DNA of 64,000 nucleotides from the NCBI GenBank assembly GCA_963723855.1, contig CAVRSI010000015.1, forward strand, positions 195,553 through 259,552, in the 5' to 3' direction. Position numbers and translations under genes: made by a program. Each line of letters starts with the position of its first letter. Positions within the stretch are counted from its first letter, which is position 1. This DNA is from an uncultured Actinomycetes bacterium (lineage in GTDB: Bacteria; Actinomycetota; UBA4738; HRBIN12). This document shows positions 15,650 through 24,553 of this stretch, in pieces. The notes below the pieces were generated by a model. That model saw only the letters and a program-made list of their open reading frames with translations. It did no database searches and had not been told where the DNA came from.

Positions 15650-16922
15650 ATGAGCTATCAGATCGATTCGATACGTGCGCTGGAGAGTCCTGGATTCCCG
15701 AGGCAGACCGACGCTGCACGTGACCCTGGGACTCGTCGGAGGCGCGATCGGGACGGCCGGCGTGCCATCCGGCGCGTCGACCGGGACCCGCGAGGCCGTC
15801 GAGAGGCGGGACGGCGACCAGGAGCGGTTCGAAGGCGCGGGCGTCCAGCGGGCCGTCATGACCGTCGAAGGGGAGATCGCGGACGCCGTGACCGGCCGCG
15901 ACTGGGAGTCTCTGGCGGAACTCGATCATGCCCTGATCGGGTTGGACGCAACGCCTAACAAGGAACGGCTCGGCGCGAACGCCATCGTCGGTGTCTCCAT
16001 GGCGGCGGCTCGCGCGATGGCGGCGGCCGACGAGCGTCCGCTCTACGAGTGGCTGGCTCCGTCGGGATACGCGCCACGTCTTCCCGTCCCGCACTTCAAC
16101 GTCATCAACGGCGGGGCGCACGCCGGCAACCAGCTCGCGTTCCAGGAGTTCATGATCGCGCCGATCGGCGCGCCGAGTTTCCGCGAAGCGCTGCGGGCCG
16201 GCGCTGAGACCTACGCCATGCTCCGGCACGGACTGAAGGAGGCCGGCTACGCGACCGGTCTGGGCGATGAAGGCGGCTTCGCTCCGGAGATCTCGGAGCC
16301 GGAGGAGGCGTTGGACCTCCTCGTCGAGGCCATCCGGGCCGCCGGATACGAACCCGGCCGGGACTCGGTCGCGATCGCGCTCGATCCAGCGGCGTCGGGC
16401 TTCCGTGCGGAAGACGGCATGTACGAGGTGACCGAGGCACGGCTGACCTCGGCGGAGATGACCGAGCGCTACGCGCAGATGGTGGACCGCTATCCGGTGT
16501 GGTCGATCGAGGACGGGCTCGCGGAAGACGATCCGGAAGGGTGGACCGAGTTGACCCAACGCCTCGGCGACCGGATACAGATCATCGGGGACGATAATTT
16601 CGTCACGAACCCGGGCCTCATACGGGAGGCCATCGCGCATGGCATCGGCAACGCTGCGCTCATCAAGCTGAACCAGATCGGGACCGTCACGGAAACCCTC
16701 GAAGCGATCGAGGTCAGCCGATCGGGCGGGTACGCGCAGATGATCTCGCACCGGTCCGGAGAGACATGCGATCCATTCATCGCCGACCTGGCGGTCGCCG
16801 TGGGCTGTGGCCAGATCAAGTCCGGGGCCCCGGCTCGAGGCGAGCGACTCGCGAAGTACAACCGCCTTCTCGAGATCGAGCTGGGGCTGGACCGTCCGAC
16901 GTTCGGCCTCGTACCCAAGTGA
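15650..16922 (+). CDS. eno: Enolase, divergent copy (SHRSGETCD instead of SHRSGETED); one extra base near 15683-15687
   Basis: ORF 15675..16922 has VLDSRGRPTL, VPSGASTGTREA, GDEGGFAP, LIKLNQIGTVTET, SHRSGETCDPFIADLAV and RGERLAKYNRLLEIE. The canonical N-terminus MSYQIDSIRALE is in ORF 15650..15958, one frame off. It joins as ...IRALE-VLDSRG. Confidence 0.9.
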
Positions 16923-17413
16923 GCTTCGAAGGGTCCGCGCTTTGGCGCGTCCGGCAGAAGATCGGGCACGACCTCCTGCTGTGGCCGGGCGCGACCGTGC
17001 TCCTGGAAGACGCGGACGGACGGATCCTCCTGGGTCTGCGGCGCGACAACGACGAGTGGACGATGCCCGGAGGCGGTGCCGAGGAAGGCGGGAGCTTCGC
17101 CGCGACGGCGCTCGACGAGTTGCGGGAAGAGGTGGGGCTCGAGGCCGACGCAGCGGACCTGGTCGCGTTCGCATGCGTCTCGGAGTCCGCCGACCACCTG
17201 ATCCCGTACCCGAACGGAGACCTCACCCACTACTTCGGCATCTGGTTCGTGCTCCGCCGGTGGCGGGGCGAGCCGGAGGCCGATGGCGACGAGCTCGTCG
17301 AGCTCGGGTGGTTCTCCCGCGACGCGCTCCCCGAGCCGTTGATGCACAGCTCGGCCGTGGCGCTCCGGCACTACACGGCGTACCTGGAGTCAGGCGTCTT
17401 CCAGATCGGCTGA
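16919..17413 (+). CDS. NUDIX hydrolase
   Basis: The Nudix box is GGGAEEGGSFAATALDELREEVGL. Its GTG start overlaps the eno stop (GTGA at 16919-16922). Confidence 0.75.
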   Translation: MSFEGSALWRVRQKIGHDLLLWPGATVLLEDADGRILLGLRRDNDEWTMPGGGAEEGGSFAATALDELREEVGLEADAADLVAFACVSESADHLIPYPNGDLTHYFGIWFVLRRWRGEPEADGDELVELGWFSRDALPEPLMHSSAVALRHYTAYLESGVFQIG

Positions 17414-18793
17414 GGGTGGTGACTCGGCGGCCTCGACGGGCCTGGTCCCCGATGTGCGGCGCAACCATACGAAACCGATAGGTCCCGCCAGGATCGCCGT
17501 CAGCAGGATCCCGATCTTCGCTTGCTCGACCGCTCCGGGCTGCCCGACGAAGGCCACATCAGCCACGAACAACGAAACCGTGAACGCGACGCCAGCGGCC
17601 GCGGCCACGGCGAATATGCTTCCGAGTCGTGCCCCGTCGGGTAGCCGCCCGATCCCGAGCCGAACCGTGAGCCACACCCCTCCCCCGATCCCCACGATCT
17701 TTCCCACCACGTGGCCGCTCACCACCCCAAGCGTCACCGGACTCCTGAGCGCATCGGCGACCGCATCGACGGATAGTGGTATGCCCGCGTTCGCCAACGC
17801 GAACAGCGGAAGCACCACGATCGTCGCCATAGGGAGGAGCAGGTGCTCCATCCTTGCGAGCGGCGACACAGCCTCTTTCGAGAGCCAAGCGAGCTGCAAC
17901 CACCAACGCGCATCGGCGTCGGGCGGGTCGGGTTCGTCAACGGTCTCATCGGCGACACGGATCGCTTCCTCGCGCACGTGGCGGGGTCGCTGGAGCGGGA
18001 ATGCCGGCGTGAGCAGCCCCACCACCACGCCCGCGAGGGCAGGCTCCACGCCCGAGGCATCGAGCGACAACCACATCGCCACTCCCAACGCCGCGAAGAT
18101 CGCCATCGAACGAACGCCGAGACGTCGGATCAGCACCATCGCGCCGGCCACGCCGATCGCCAGCAGGAGTGCTGGGAACCGGATGAGGGACGGATAGAAC
18201 ACCGCGATCACGACGACGGTGAGGATGTCGTCCACGATCGCCAGCGTGAGCACGAAGGCCCGAAGGCCGACCGGAGCGTTCCGGATGGCGAGCGCGAGGA
18301 TCCCCAGCGTGAACGCGATATCGGTCGGCATCGCGATCCCCCACCCCCGCGAACCAGCCCCGCCTCTGTTCACGAGCAGATAGATCAGAGCGGGCACGAC
18401 CATCCCTGCGACCGCAGCGATGACGGGGAGCGCTGCCGCGCGCACATCCCGCAGTTCACCGATCAATACCTCGCGCTTGATCTCCAGCCCGACGACGAGG
18501 AAGAAGAACGACATCAATCCGTCGTTCACCCACGCTCGCAGGCTGTCGTTGACTGTCCAGCTGCCCACGCCGAGAGAGATCGGGGTGCGCCATAGCCGCA
18601 CGTAGCTTTCGGCGAGCGGCGAGTTCGCCCATACCAATGCAACGACCGCCGCGGCGACGAGCAGGATCCCGCCTGACGTCGAGGACTCGAGGAACTCCTG
18701 AAGTGGGCGCACGACGCGGCGCGGCACAGCACGGTTCGACTGCGCCCACGAGGGCCGGATCGCGGGGCCGGGTCTGGGGGTGTCGTTCGCCAT
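17390..18793 (-). CDS. nhaA: Na+/H+ antiporter NhaA (copy 1)
   Basis: 467 aa with ...LVWANSPLAESYVRLW...NDGLMSFFFLVVGLEIKREVLIGEL...VPALIYLLVN...AIVDDI..., typical NhaA. Confidence 0.85.
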   Translation of the reverse strand: MANDTPRPGPAIRPSWAQSNRAVPRRVVRPLQEFLESSTSGGILLVAAAVVALVWANSPLAESYVRLWRTPISLGVGSWTVNDSLRAWVNDGLMSFFFLVVGLEIKREVLIGELRDVRAAALPVIAAVAGMVVPALIYLLVNRGGAGSRGWGIAMPTDIAFTLGILALAIRNAPVGLRAFVLTLAIVDDILTVVVIAVFYPSLIRFPALLLAIGVAGAMVLIRRLGVRSMAIFAALGVAMWLSLDASGVEPALAGVVVGLLTPAFPLQRPRHVREEAIRVADETVDEPDPPDADARWWLQLAWLSKEAVSPLARMEHLLLPMATIVVLPLFALANAGIPLSVDAVADALRSPVTLGVVSGHVVGKIVGIGGGVWLTVRLGIGRLPDGARLGSIFAVAAAAGVAFTVSLFVADVAFVGQPGAVEQAKIGILLTAILAGPIGFVWLRRTSGTRPVEAAESPPSADLEDA

Positions 18794-18819
18794 CGTGGAT
18801 CTAGGCGCCCCGACGGTGA

Positions 18820-20211
18820 TCAGCGCGGTCCATCAAGGCCGGCTCTCGCCTCACGGCGACCGATCTGGAGGAAGAAGAATCCGAAGACACCCGACAGGAG
18901 CGAAGCGGCGAACACACCGATCTTCGCTTCGGCGAGGCTCGCGGATCCCTCGCCGAACGCGAGCTCCGCGATGAAGAGCGCCACGGTGAACCCGATCCCC
19001 GCCACCTGGCCTACCCCCACCAGATCTCGGGAGGTGGCTCCGGTCGGGAGGGATCCGTGGCCCGCTCGCGTGGCGATCGACGCAGCCCCCCACACGCCGA
19101 CCAGCTTTCCGACGACCAACCCGAGGACGATCCCGAGGGTGACGCGGCTCCCCATCGCATCTCGCAGGACGCTCGCAGAGAGTCGGATCCCCGAGTTCGC
19201 CAGAGCGAACAGCGGCAAGACGACGAAGCTCGTCCATGGCAGGAGCGTGTGCTCGACCCGCGCGAGGGGGGACACAGCCTCCCTGGACAGCCACGAGAGT
19301 CGCATCCAGGAGTCGGCGTCCGCGTCGGGAGGACGGGGATCGTCGACGGTTTCGTCGGCCGTGCGCCGGGCCTCCTCGCTCACGTGTCGAGGGCGCTGGA
19401 ACGGCCTGACCGGGGTGAGGAGGCCGAGGATCACCCCGGCAAGGGTCGCTTGCACTCCCGATTCGAACATGGCGAACCACAAGCAGGTTCCGAGCACCAG
19501 ATACACAGCAGTTGCACGCACGTGGATCCGCTGGAGGCCGACGATGGCGAGGATGATGACCACGGCGGCCGCGATGGCCGGCCACTCGACGCCCTCCGAA
19601 TAGAACAGGGCGATGATGACGATCGCCCCGATGTCGTCGACGATCGCGAGGGTGAGCAGGAAGGGTCTGAGGTCCGTCGGTGCATGCCTCGCAGCAAGCG
19701 TCAGAACCGCTAGCGCGATCGCGATGTCCGTCGCCATGGGAACGCCCCAACCACGGACGTCTGTCGTGCCTCGATTCACTCCCACGTAGATGAGGGCCGG
19801 CACCACCATCCCGCCGATCGCTCCGACGATCGGGACGGACGCTGCGCGCCAATGCTGCAGCTCCCCGGTCACCAGCTCGCGTTTGATCTCCAGACCGACC
19901 ACGACGAAGAACAAGGCCATCAGACCGTCCGTCACCGCGTGGCGGAGGTCTTCCGATATGTGACGAGCGCCGACATGCAAGGAGATGGGGGTCGTCCACA
20001 GACGCTCATACGCATCCCGCCATGGTGAGTTCGCCCACACGATCGCGACGATCACCGCCAAGAGCAGGACGACCGCGCTGGCCGACGAGGTTTGCAGGTA
20101 TGCCTGGAGCGGGCGGAGCACGATCCGGGGGACGGGACGCTCGGACTGCGCCCACGGAAGGTTGATGCCGGATCCGGCACGCTCGTCGTCTTGCCTGCTG
20201 GTCGGTGCCAT
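18820..20211 (-). CDS. nhaA: Na+/H+ antiporter NhaA (copy 2, tandem paralogue); the ORF extends to 20247
   Basis: IVWANSPWRDAYERLW...TDGLMALFFVVVGLEIKRELVTGEL...AIVDDIGAIVIIALFY. It lies 26 nt upstream of copy 1 on the same strand. Confidence 0.85.
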   Translation of the reverse strand: MAPTSRQDDERAGSGINLPWAQSERPVPRIVLRPLQAYLQTSSASAVVLLLAVIVAIVWANSPWRDAYERLWTTPISLHVGARHISEDLRHAVTDGLMALFFVVVGLEIKRELVTGELQHWRAASVPIVGAIGGMVVPALIYVGVNRGTTDVRGWGVPMATDIAIALAVLTLAARHAPTDLRPFLLTLAIVDDIGAIVIIALFYSEGVEWPAIAAAVVIILAIVGLQRIHVRATAVYLVLGTCLWFAMFESGVQATLAGVILGLLTPVRPFQRPRHVSEEARRTADETVDDPRPPDADADSWMRLSWLSREAVSPLARVEHTLLPWTSFVVLPLFALANSGIRLSASVLRDAMGSRVTLGIVLGLVVGKLVGVWGAASIATRAGHGSLPTGATSRDLVGVGQVAGIGFTVALFIAELAFGEGSASLAEAKIGVFAASLLSGVFGFFFLQIGRREARAGLDGPR

Positions 20212-20338
20212 GCGTCGCACTCCTGCCGACCAGACTTCCCGGCGCACCTTCGGACCGGCACATGCTACCCCGGGTCACATCCCTTCACGAGTTCCTCACA
20301 CGGGTTCGGTTGTTGCTCAACGAGAGCGCCCGTACGCT

Positions 20339-21046
20339 TTGCGCGCCTTGTCAGACGGTCGACACGTATCGAAGTCTTCCCGCATCAAGCCCGCGTACCT
20401 CATCGCCGGTGGGGTGGTTGTGGTCGCGGCTGTGGTGCTCGGTTTCGTGTTGCTGGGTGGCGCGGACAGCCTCCCCATCATCGGAGGGAGCCCACCCCCG
20501 CCGACCCCGGAGTTCGCGTTCACCATGACGAAGGTCACGCCGGTCGCAACCAGTTCCGAGAGCACCCACAAGGACCTGGAGACCAAAGCGAAGGAAGCCG
20601 CTGGTCAGGTCACCGACCAGATGAACACGTTGTACATCGGCGCGTTCCTCGATCCCGGCAACTGGTTGGACGGTTCCTACGACAGCGTCTGGGAGCTGTT
20701 CGACCAAGGGGCGAGCGCCGAAGCGCAGACGCAGGTCGAGACGCTGACCGCCGGGACCGGGGCCGGCGACACGTTCGAGCAGATCCTGCCCGACGCCGGA
20801 AAGCTGAAGGCCAAGGTGCTGTTCGACCTCAAGGACCAGCCGTACTCCGTGGTGGCGATCACCAGGTTCGAGGCCGTCGGCAGCGGCAAGGACGGTCAGG
20901 ACGTGAAGATGACCAGCCGGGGCCAATACGTGTTCCAGCGGGTGGACGGGGACTGGCGGGTCGTGTCGTTCAAGGTGCTCCGCGACAACGAGGCGCAGGC
21001 GCCGAGCCTGTCGCCGAGCGCGACCCCCACGGAGAGCCCGTCGTGA
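20339..21046 (+). CDS. Hypothetical membrane-anchored protein; start uncertain (TTG 20339/20348)
   Basis: The tail of ORF 19985..21046 has a TM anchor, IKPAYLIAGGVVVVAAVVLGFVLLGG, and then a soluble domain ending QYVFQRVDGDWRVVSFKVL. The earlier part of the track ORF overlaps nhaA antisense. Confidence 0.5.
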   Translation: MRALSDGRHVSKSSRIKPAYLIAGGVVVVAAVVLGFVLLGGADSLPIIGGSPPPPTPEFAFTMTKVTPVATSSESTHKDLETKAKEAAGQVTDQMNTLYIGAFLDPGNWLDGSYDSVWELFDQGASAEAQTQVETLTAGTGAGDTFEQILPDAGKLKAKVLFDLKDQPYSVVAITRFEAVGSGKDGQDVKMTSRGQYVFQRVDGDWRVVSFKVLRDNEAQAPSLSPSATPTESPS

Positions 21047-21996
21047 CCGGCCGGCGGCGAGCGGTGTTCGCGGTCATCGCGCTGGCGGCGTGGGTCGCCG
21101 GCTCCGCGCTCGGCTCGATCGGCGCGGTCGCGCCCGCGTCGGCCCAGTCTGCGGGACTCGTGATCGGAAAGGCGCACGCCGGGTACGCGCCCTCGCTCAC
21201 GGGCGACAAGCCGATCGTGCTCCTGGTCGTCGGCAGCGGCGCGCGCCTCGGCGACGACATCCAGCACTCGCTCGCCGACTCGATCCACGTGGTCTCGATC
21301 AACCCCGACAAGCACAAGGCGACGATCATCGGCATCCCGCGCGACTCGTGGGTGGACATCCCCGGACACGGCACGAACAAGATCAACGCGTCGCTCGTCG
21401 AGGGCGGCCCGGACCTCCTGATCCAAACGGTGGAGAGCATCTCGGGCCTGAAGATCGACTACTACGCGCTGACGACCTTCTGGGGCCTGACACAGCTGTA
21501 CGACAACCTCGGCGGTCTCACGATCGACGTTCCGTTCCCGATGCAGGACTCGTATTCAGGCGCCGACTTCGAGCCGGGCGTGCAGACGATGGACGGCAAG
21601 CAGGTGCTCGCGTTCTCCCGCGACCGGCACAGCGTGAGCAGCGGCGACTTCGGGCGCTCCGAGAACGCCGGCCGCGTGTTGATCGCCTCGCTCACGCAGT
21701 TCCGCAAGGAGTTCCAGTCTGACCAGAGCTCGCTGTTCACATGGATCGCGTCGGGCATGCGGAACGTGGACACCACCGTTCCGTTCGACGAGGTGATCCA
21801 GCTCGCGTACACCTGCTCCCACATCAACCCGAAAGCCGTGACGAACGCGGTCCTCCCCGGCACGACCGGGTTCGAGGGCACCCTCTCGGTCGTCCATCTC
21901 TCGTCGGACAAGGACGCGATCTTCGCCGACGTCAAGCCCGACGGCATCCTCAGCAAGAAACACATCCCACCGAGCCCCACGGCGAACCAGACCTGA
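21043..21996 (+). CDS. LytR-CpsA-Psr (LCP) family cell-envelope phosphotransferase
   Basis: From GTG 21043 (GTGA overlap): VTGRRRAVFAVIALAAWVAG...DSIHVVSINPDKHKATIIGIPRDSWVDIPGHGTNKINASLVEGGPDLLIQTVESISGLKIDYYALTTFWGLTQLYDNLGGLTIDVP. Confidence 0.8.
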   Translation: MTGRRRAVFAVIALAAWVAGSALGSIGAVAPASAQSAGLVIGKAHAGYAPSLTGDKPIVLLVVGSGARLGDDIQHSLADSIHVVSINPDKHKATIIGIPRDSWVDIPGHGTNKINASLVEGGPDLLIQTVESISGLKIDYYALTTFWGLTQLYDNLGGLTIDVPFPMQDSYSGADFEPGVQTMDGKQVLAFSRDRHSVSSGDFGRSENAGRVLIASLTQFRKEFQSDQSSLFTWIASGMRNVDTTVPFDEVIQLAYTCSHINPKAVTNAVLPGTTGFEGTLSVVHLSSDKDAIFADVKPDGILSKKHIPPSPTANQT

Positions 21997-22008
21997 GGCT
22001 GCCGCCGT

Positions 22009-23046
22009 TCAGATCCGCGTGATGACGTACGTGACATAGCCGACGTAGAAGATCCCCTGCAACAGCAGCAGCTGCGCCGTGAGCCTTCCGCGGAACCGAA
22101 CCTGGAGCCAGAGGACGCCGCCCGCCGACAGCGCGATGACGGCGGCCACGAGTGCGGTCCCCTCCAGGTGCCAAGGCGTGAGCAGCAAGCCGATCGTCAC
22201 CGGGAACGACGACTGGAAGACCATCGCACCCGTCATGTTGCCGAGCGCGAGCGTGTCCTTGCGACGACGGATCCAGATGACGCTGTTGAACTTCTCGGGA
22301 AGCTCCGTCGCGATCGGCGCCACCAACAACGAGAATGCGAGCGGCGAGATGTCGAAGAGCTCGGCGATGTGGTCCACCGCGTGTATGAACAGCTCGGCTC
22401 CGCCGATGATCAGAGCGAGTGCGAAGGCCACCTGAACGAACGGCGCCGGCACGGATGCGTCCTTGCTCCATGCGGGGAGCGACTGCCTGACCAGGCGCAT
22501 CGCCTGCCACAGATGGAGCGGCTTGATCTCGGCTCCGGCCTCCTTCTCGAGCTCACCCCCCGCCGGTGCCTGGAAGTGTCGCCGGACGTAGTAGGCGTAG
22601 CCGACCAACAGGACGATGACGAGCGCATAGTCGAACGCCTTGTTGTCCAACAATCCCGCGACCACGGCGAGCGAGTACATGATCAGGAAGTAGCCGAGGT
22701 CCTGGCGGAGCACCGGCACATCGAACTGGAGATCGGTGCTTCGTCGTCCGCCGCGCGCCGTCACCAACACCGTCACCGCGATCACGACCATCGCGAGCGT
22801 CGTCAGCATGAACGGGGCGCCCAGGATGGCGCCGACCCCGATCTCCTCGCCGCTGGCGTGACCCGACAGGATCGCGACGAGCGGGAGCAGCGTCTCGGGA
22901 AGCGCCGTGCCGACCGCGGCGAGCACCGATCCGACCGCTCCCTCCGAGAGCCCGAACCCCTCCCCGATCCATTCGATGCCATTCGTGAACAGCTCGGCTC
23001 CGGCGAGGATCACCAGGAGCGACGCGGCGAGCAGCGCCCAGACCAT
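22009..23046 (-). CDS. Sodium/calcium exchanger (CaCA) family membrane protein
   Basis: MVWALLAASLLVILAGAELFTNGIEWIGEGFGLSEGAVGSVLAAVGTALPE... and a second repeat, GGAELFIHAVDHIAELFDISPLAFSLLVAPIATELPEKF. These are the two alpha-repeats. Confidence 0.75.
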   Translation of the reverse strand: MVWALLAASLLVILAGAELFTNGIEWIGEGFGLSEGAVGSVLAAVGTALPETLLPLVAILSGHASGEEIGVGAILGAPFMLTTLAMVVIAVTVLVTARGGRRSTDLQFDVPVLRQDLGYFLIMYSLAVVAGLLDNKAFDYALVIVLLVGYAYYVRRHFQAPAGGELEKEAGAEIKPLHLWQAMRLVRQSLPAWSKDASVPAPFVQVAFALALIIGGAELFIHAVDHIAELFDISPLAFSLLVAPIATELPEKFNSVIWIRRRKDTLALGNMTGAMVFQSSFPVTIGLLLTPWHLEGTALVAAVIALSAGGVLWLQVRFRGRLTAQLLLLQGIFYVGYVTYVITRI

Positions 23047-23196
23047 CGGCGGATTCTCCCACCCTCTGCTACGGTGAACGTTCGAAGGGGAGTAGTCCGT
23101 TAGGGTCACGCCGTCATCTCGGTCGCGCATCGCGACCCGGCGACCCTCCGCCGACACGGGGACGAGACCTTCGGCTCCAAGGTTGGAGGAACACCG

Positions 23197-24543
23197 ATGT
23201 CGCTCGTGGACGATCCCACCGGCATACACCCATCGCGCCAGCGATTCGCGATGTCGCTCGCGATCGCCGGAGCCGTGCCGGCCCTGATCATCCGGGCCAC
23301 GGCGCCCGACCTACCGCACCCGGTGGAGGCCGCGCTGTTCGGTCTCGCGATCGTCGGGGCGGCATTCATCCTGTCGTGGGCAGCGGAGGTCGCGCAGCTG
23401 GACATCTCGGCCGGCTTGGCGATCGCGCTGCTGGCGCTCATCGCGGTGCTGCCGGAGTACGCGGTCGACTTCGTCTTCGCCTGGCAGGGCGGAAACGCGT
23501 TCGAGGCGACCGGGCCGGCGTGCCTGCCACCTCCCGGCGGCGGGACGGAGTCTCCGTGCGGGCTCGCGCTGGCGAACATGACCGGCGCCAACCGGCTCCT
23601 GATCGGGATCGGGTGGTCCATGGTGGTCTTCATCGCGTGGTACCGGATCCGCCGGCGCGACGGCGCCGGGACCGCCAGACGCTGGGAGGGCATCCGGCTC
23701 GATCGCGGCCATTCCGTCGAGCTCGCCTTCCTGGCCGCCGCGACGATCTACTCGCTCACCCTTCCGCTGAAGCACTCGATCACACCGGTGGATGCGCTCG
23801 TCCTCGTCACGATCTTCGTGCTCTACACGATCCGCGTGTCCGGAGCGCCGTCGGAGGATCCCCACCTCGTTGGACCGGCGCGCTACCTGGGCACGTTCTC
23901 GAAGGCCGCCCGGCGAACCTGGATCGTCGGGATGTTCGTGTTCGCGGCGGGCGTGATCCTGGTATGTGCCGAGCGATTCGCACATTCCCTGGTGCAGACG
24001 GGAGCCGACCTGGGGATCAGCGAGTTCGTCCTGGTGCAGTGGCTCGCGCCGTTGGCCTCTGAGGCCCCCGAGTTGCTGATCGCCGGTCTCTTCGCGTGGC
24101 GGCTGAACACGAACGCGGCCCTGGGAACCCTGGTCTCGTCGAAGGTCAACCAGTGGACGTTGCTCGTCGGGACCCTGCCGATCGTCTTCTCGATCGCGGC
24201 CGGCGGACTGCACGGCCTCCCGATCGACGCGCAGCAGCGCGAGGAGCTGTTCCTCACCGCGGCGCAGTCGTTCTTCGCGGTGGCGATCTTGTCCAACCTC
24301 ACGATGTCGATCCGAGAGGCGTGGTTCTTGTTCGCCCTGTTCTGGGCTCAGTTCATCGTGGGCGCGCTGGTGCCGGAGTCGTGGCACGCCGCCGAGCTGA
24401 TCGGCGTCGGGATGGTCTACCTGGCGCTCGGCACGTGGGTGCTCGTCGGCGACCGGGCACGACTCCCCCGGCTCCTGCGCGACGGCTTCGCGACGCCGCA
24501 TGCAGAGCTCGTCGAACCCGGAACGACGGCCGACCCCCGGTAG
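23197..24543 (+). CDS. Sodium/calcium exchanger (CaCA)-like membrane protein, divergent from the previous gene
   Basis: 448 aa with SWAAEVAQLDISAGLAIALLALIAVLPEYAVD and ISEFVLVQWLAPLASEAPELLIAG. GGAGGA lies upstream of the ATG. Confidence 0.65.
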   Translation: MSLVDDPTGIHPSRQRFAMSLAIAGAVPALIIRATAPDLPHPVEAALFGLAIVGAAFILSWAAEVAQLDISAGLAIALLALIAVLPEYAVDFVFAWQGGNAFEATGPACLPPPGGGTESPCGLALANMTGANRLLIGIGWSMVVFIAWYRIRRRDGAGTARRWEGIRLDRGHSVELAFLAAATIYSLTLPLKHSITPVDALVLVTIFVLYTIRVSGAPSEDPHLVGPARYLGTFSKAARRTWIVGMFVFAAGVILVCAERFAHSLVQTGADLGISEFVLVQWLAPLASEAPELLIAGLFAWRLNTNAALGTLVSSKVNQWTLLVGTLPIVFSIAAGGLHGLPIDAQQREELFLTAAQSFFAVAILSNLTMSIREAWFLFALFWAQFIVGALVPESWHAAELIGVGMVYLALGTWVLVGDRARLPRLLRDGFATPHAELVEPGTTADPR

Positions 24544-24553
24544 CATCGGCCGT

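Noticed and set aside
23121-23137. The inverted repeat GGTCGCG-CAT-CGCGACC between the two divergent CaCA genes, considered as a riboswitch or operator.
   Set aside because: It is too short, with a 3-nt loop and no flanking conserved elements. At most it is a minor operator candidate.
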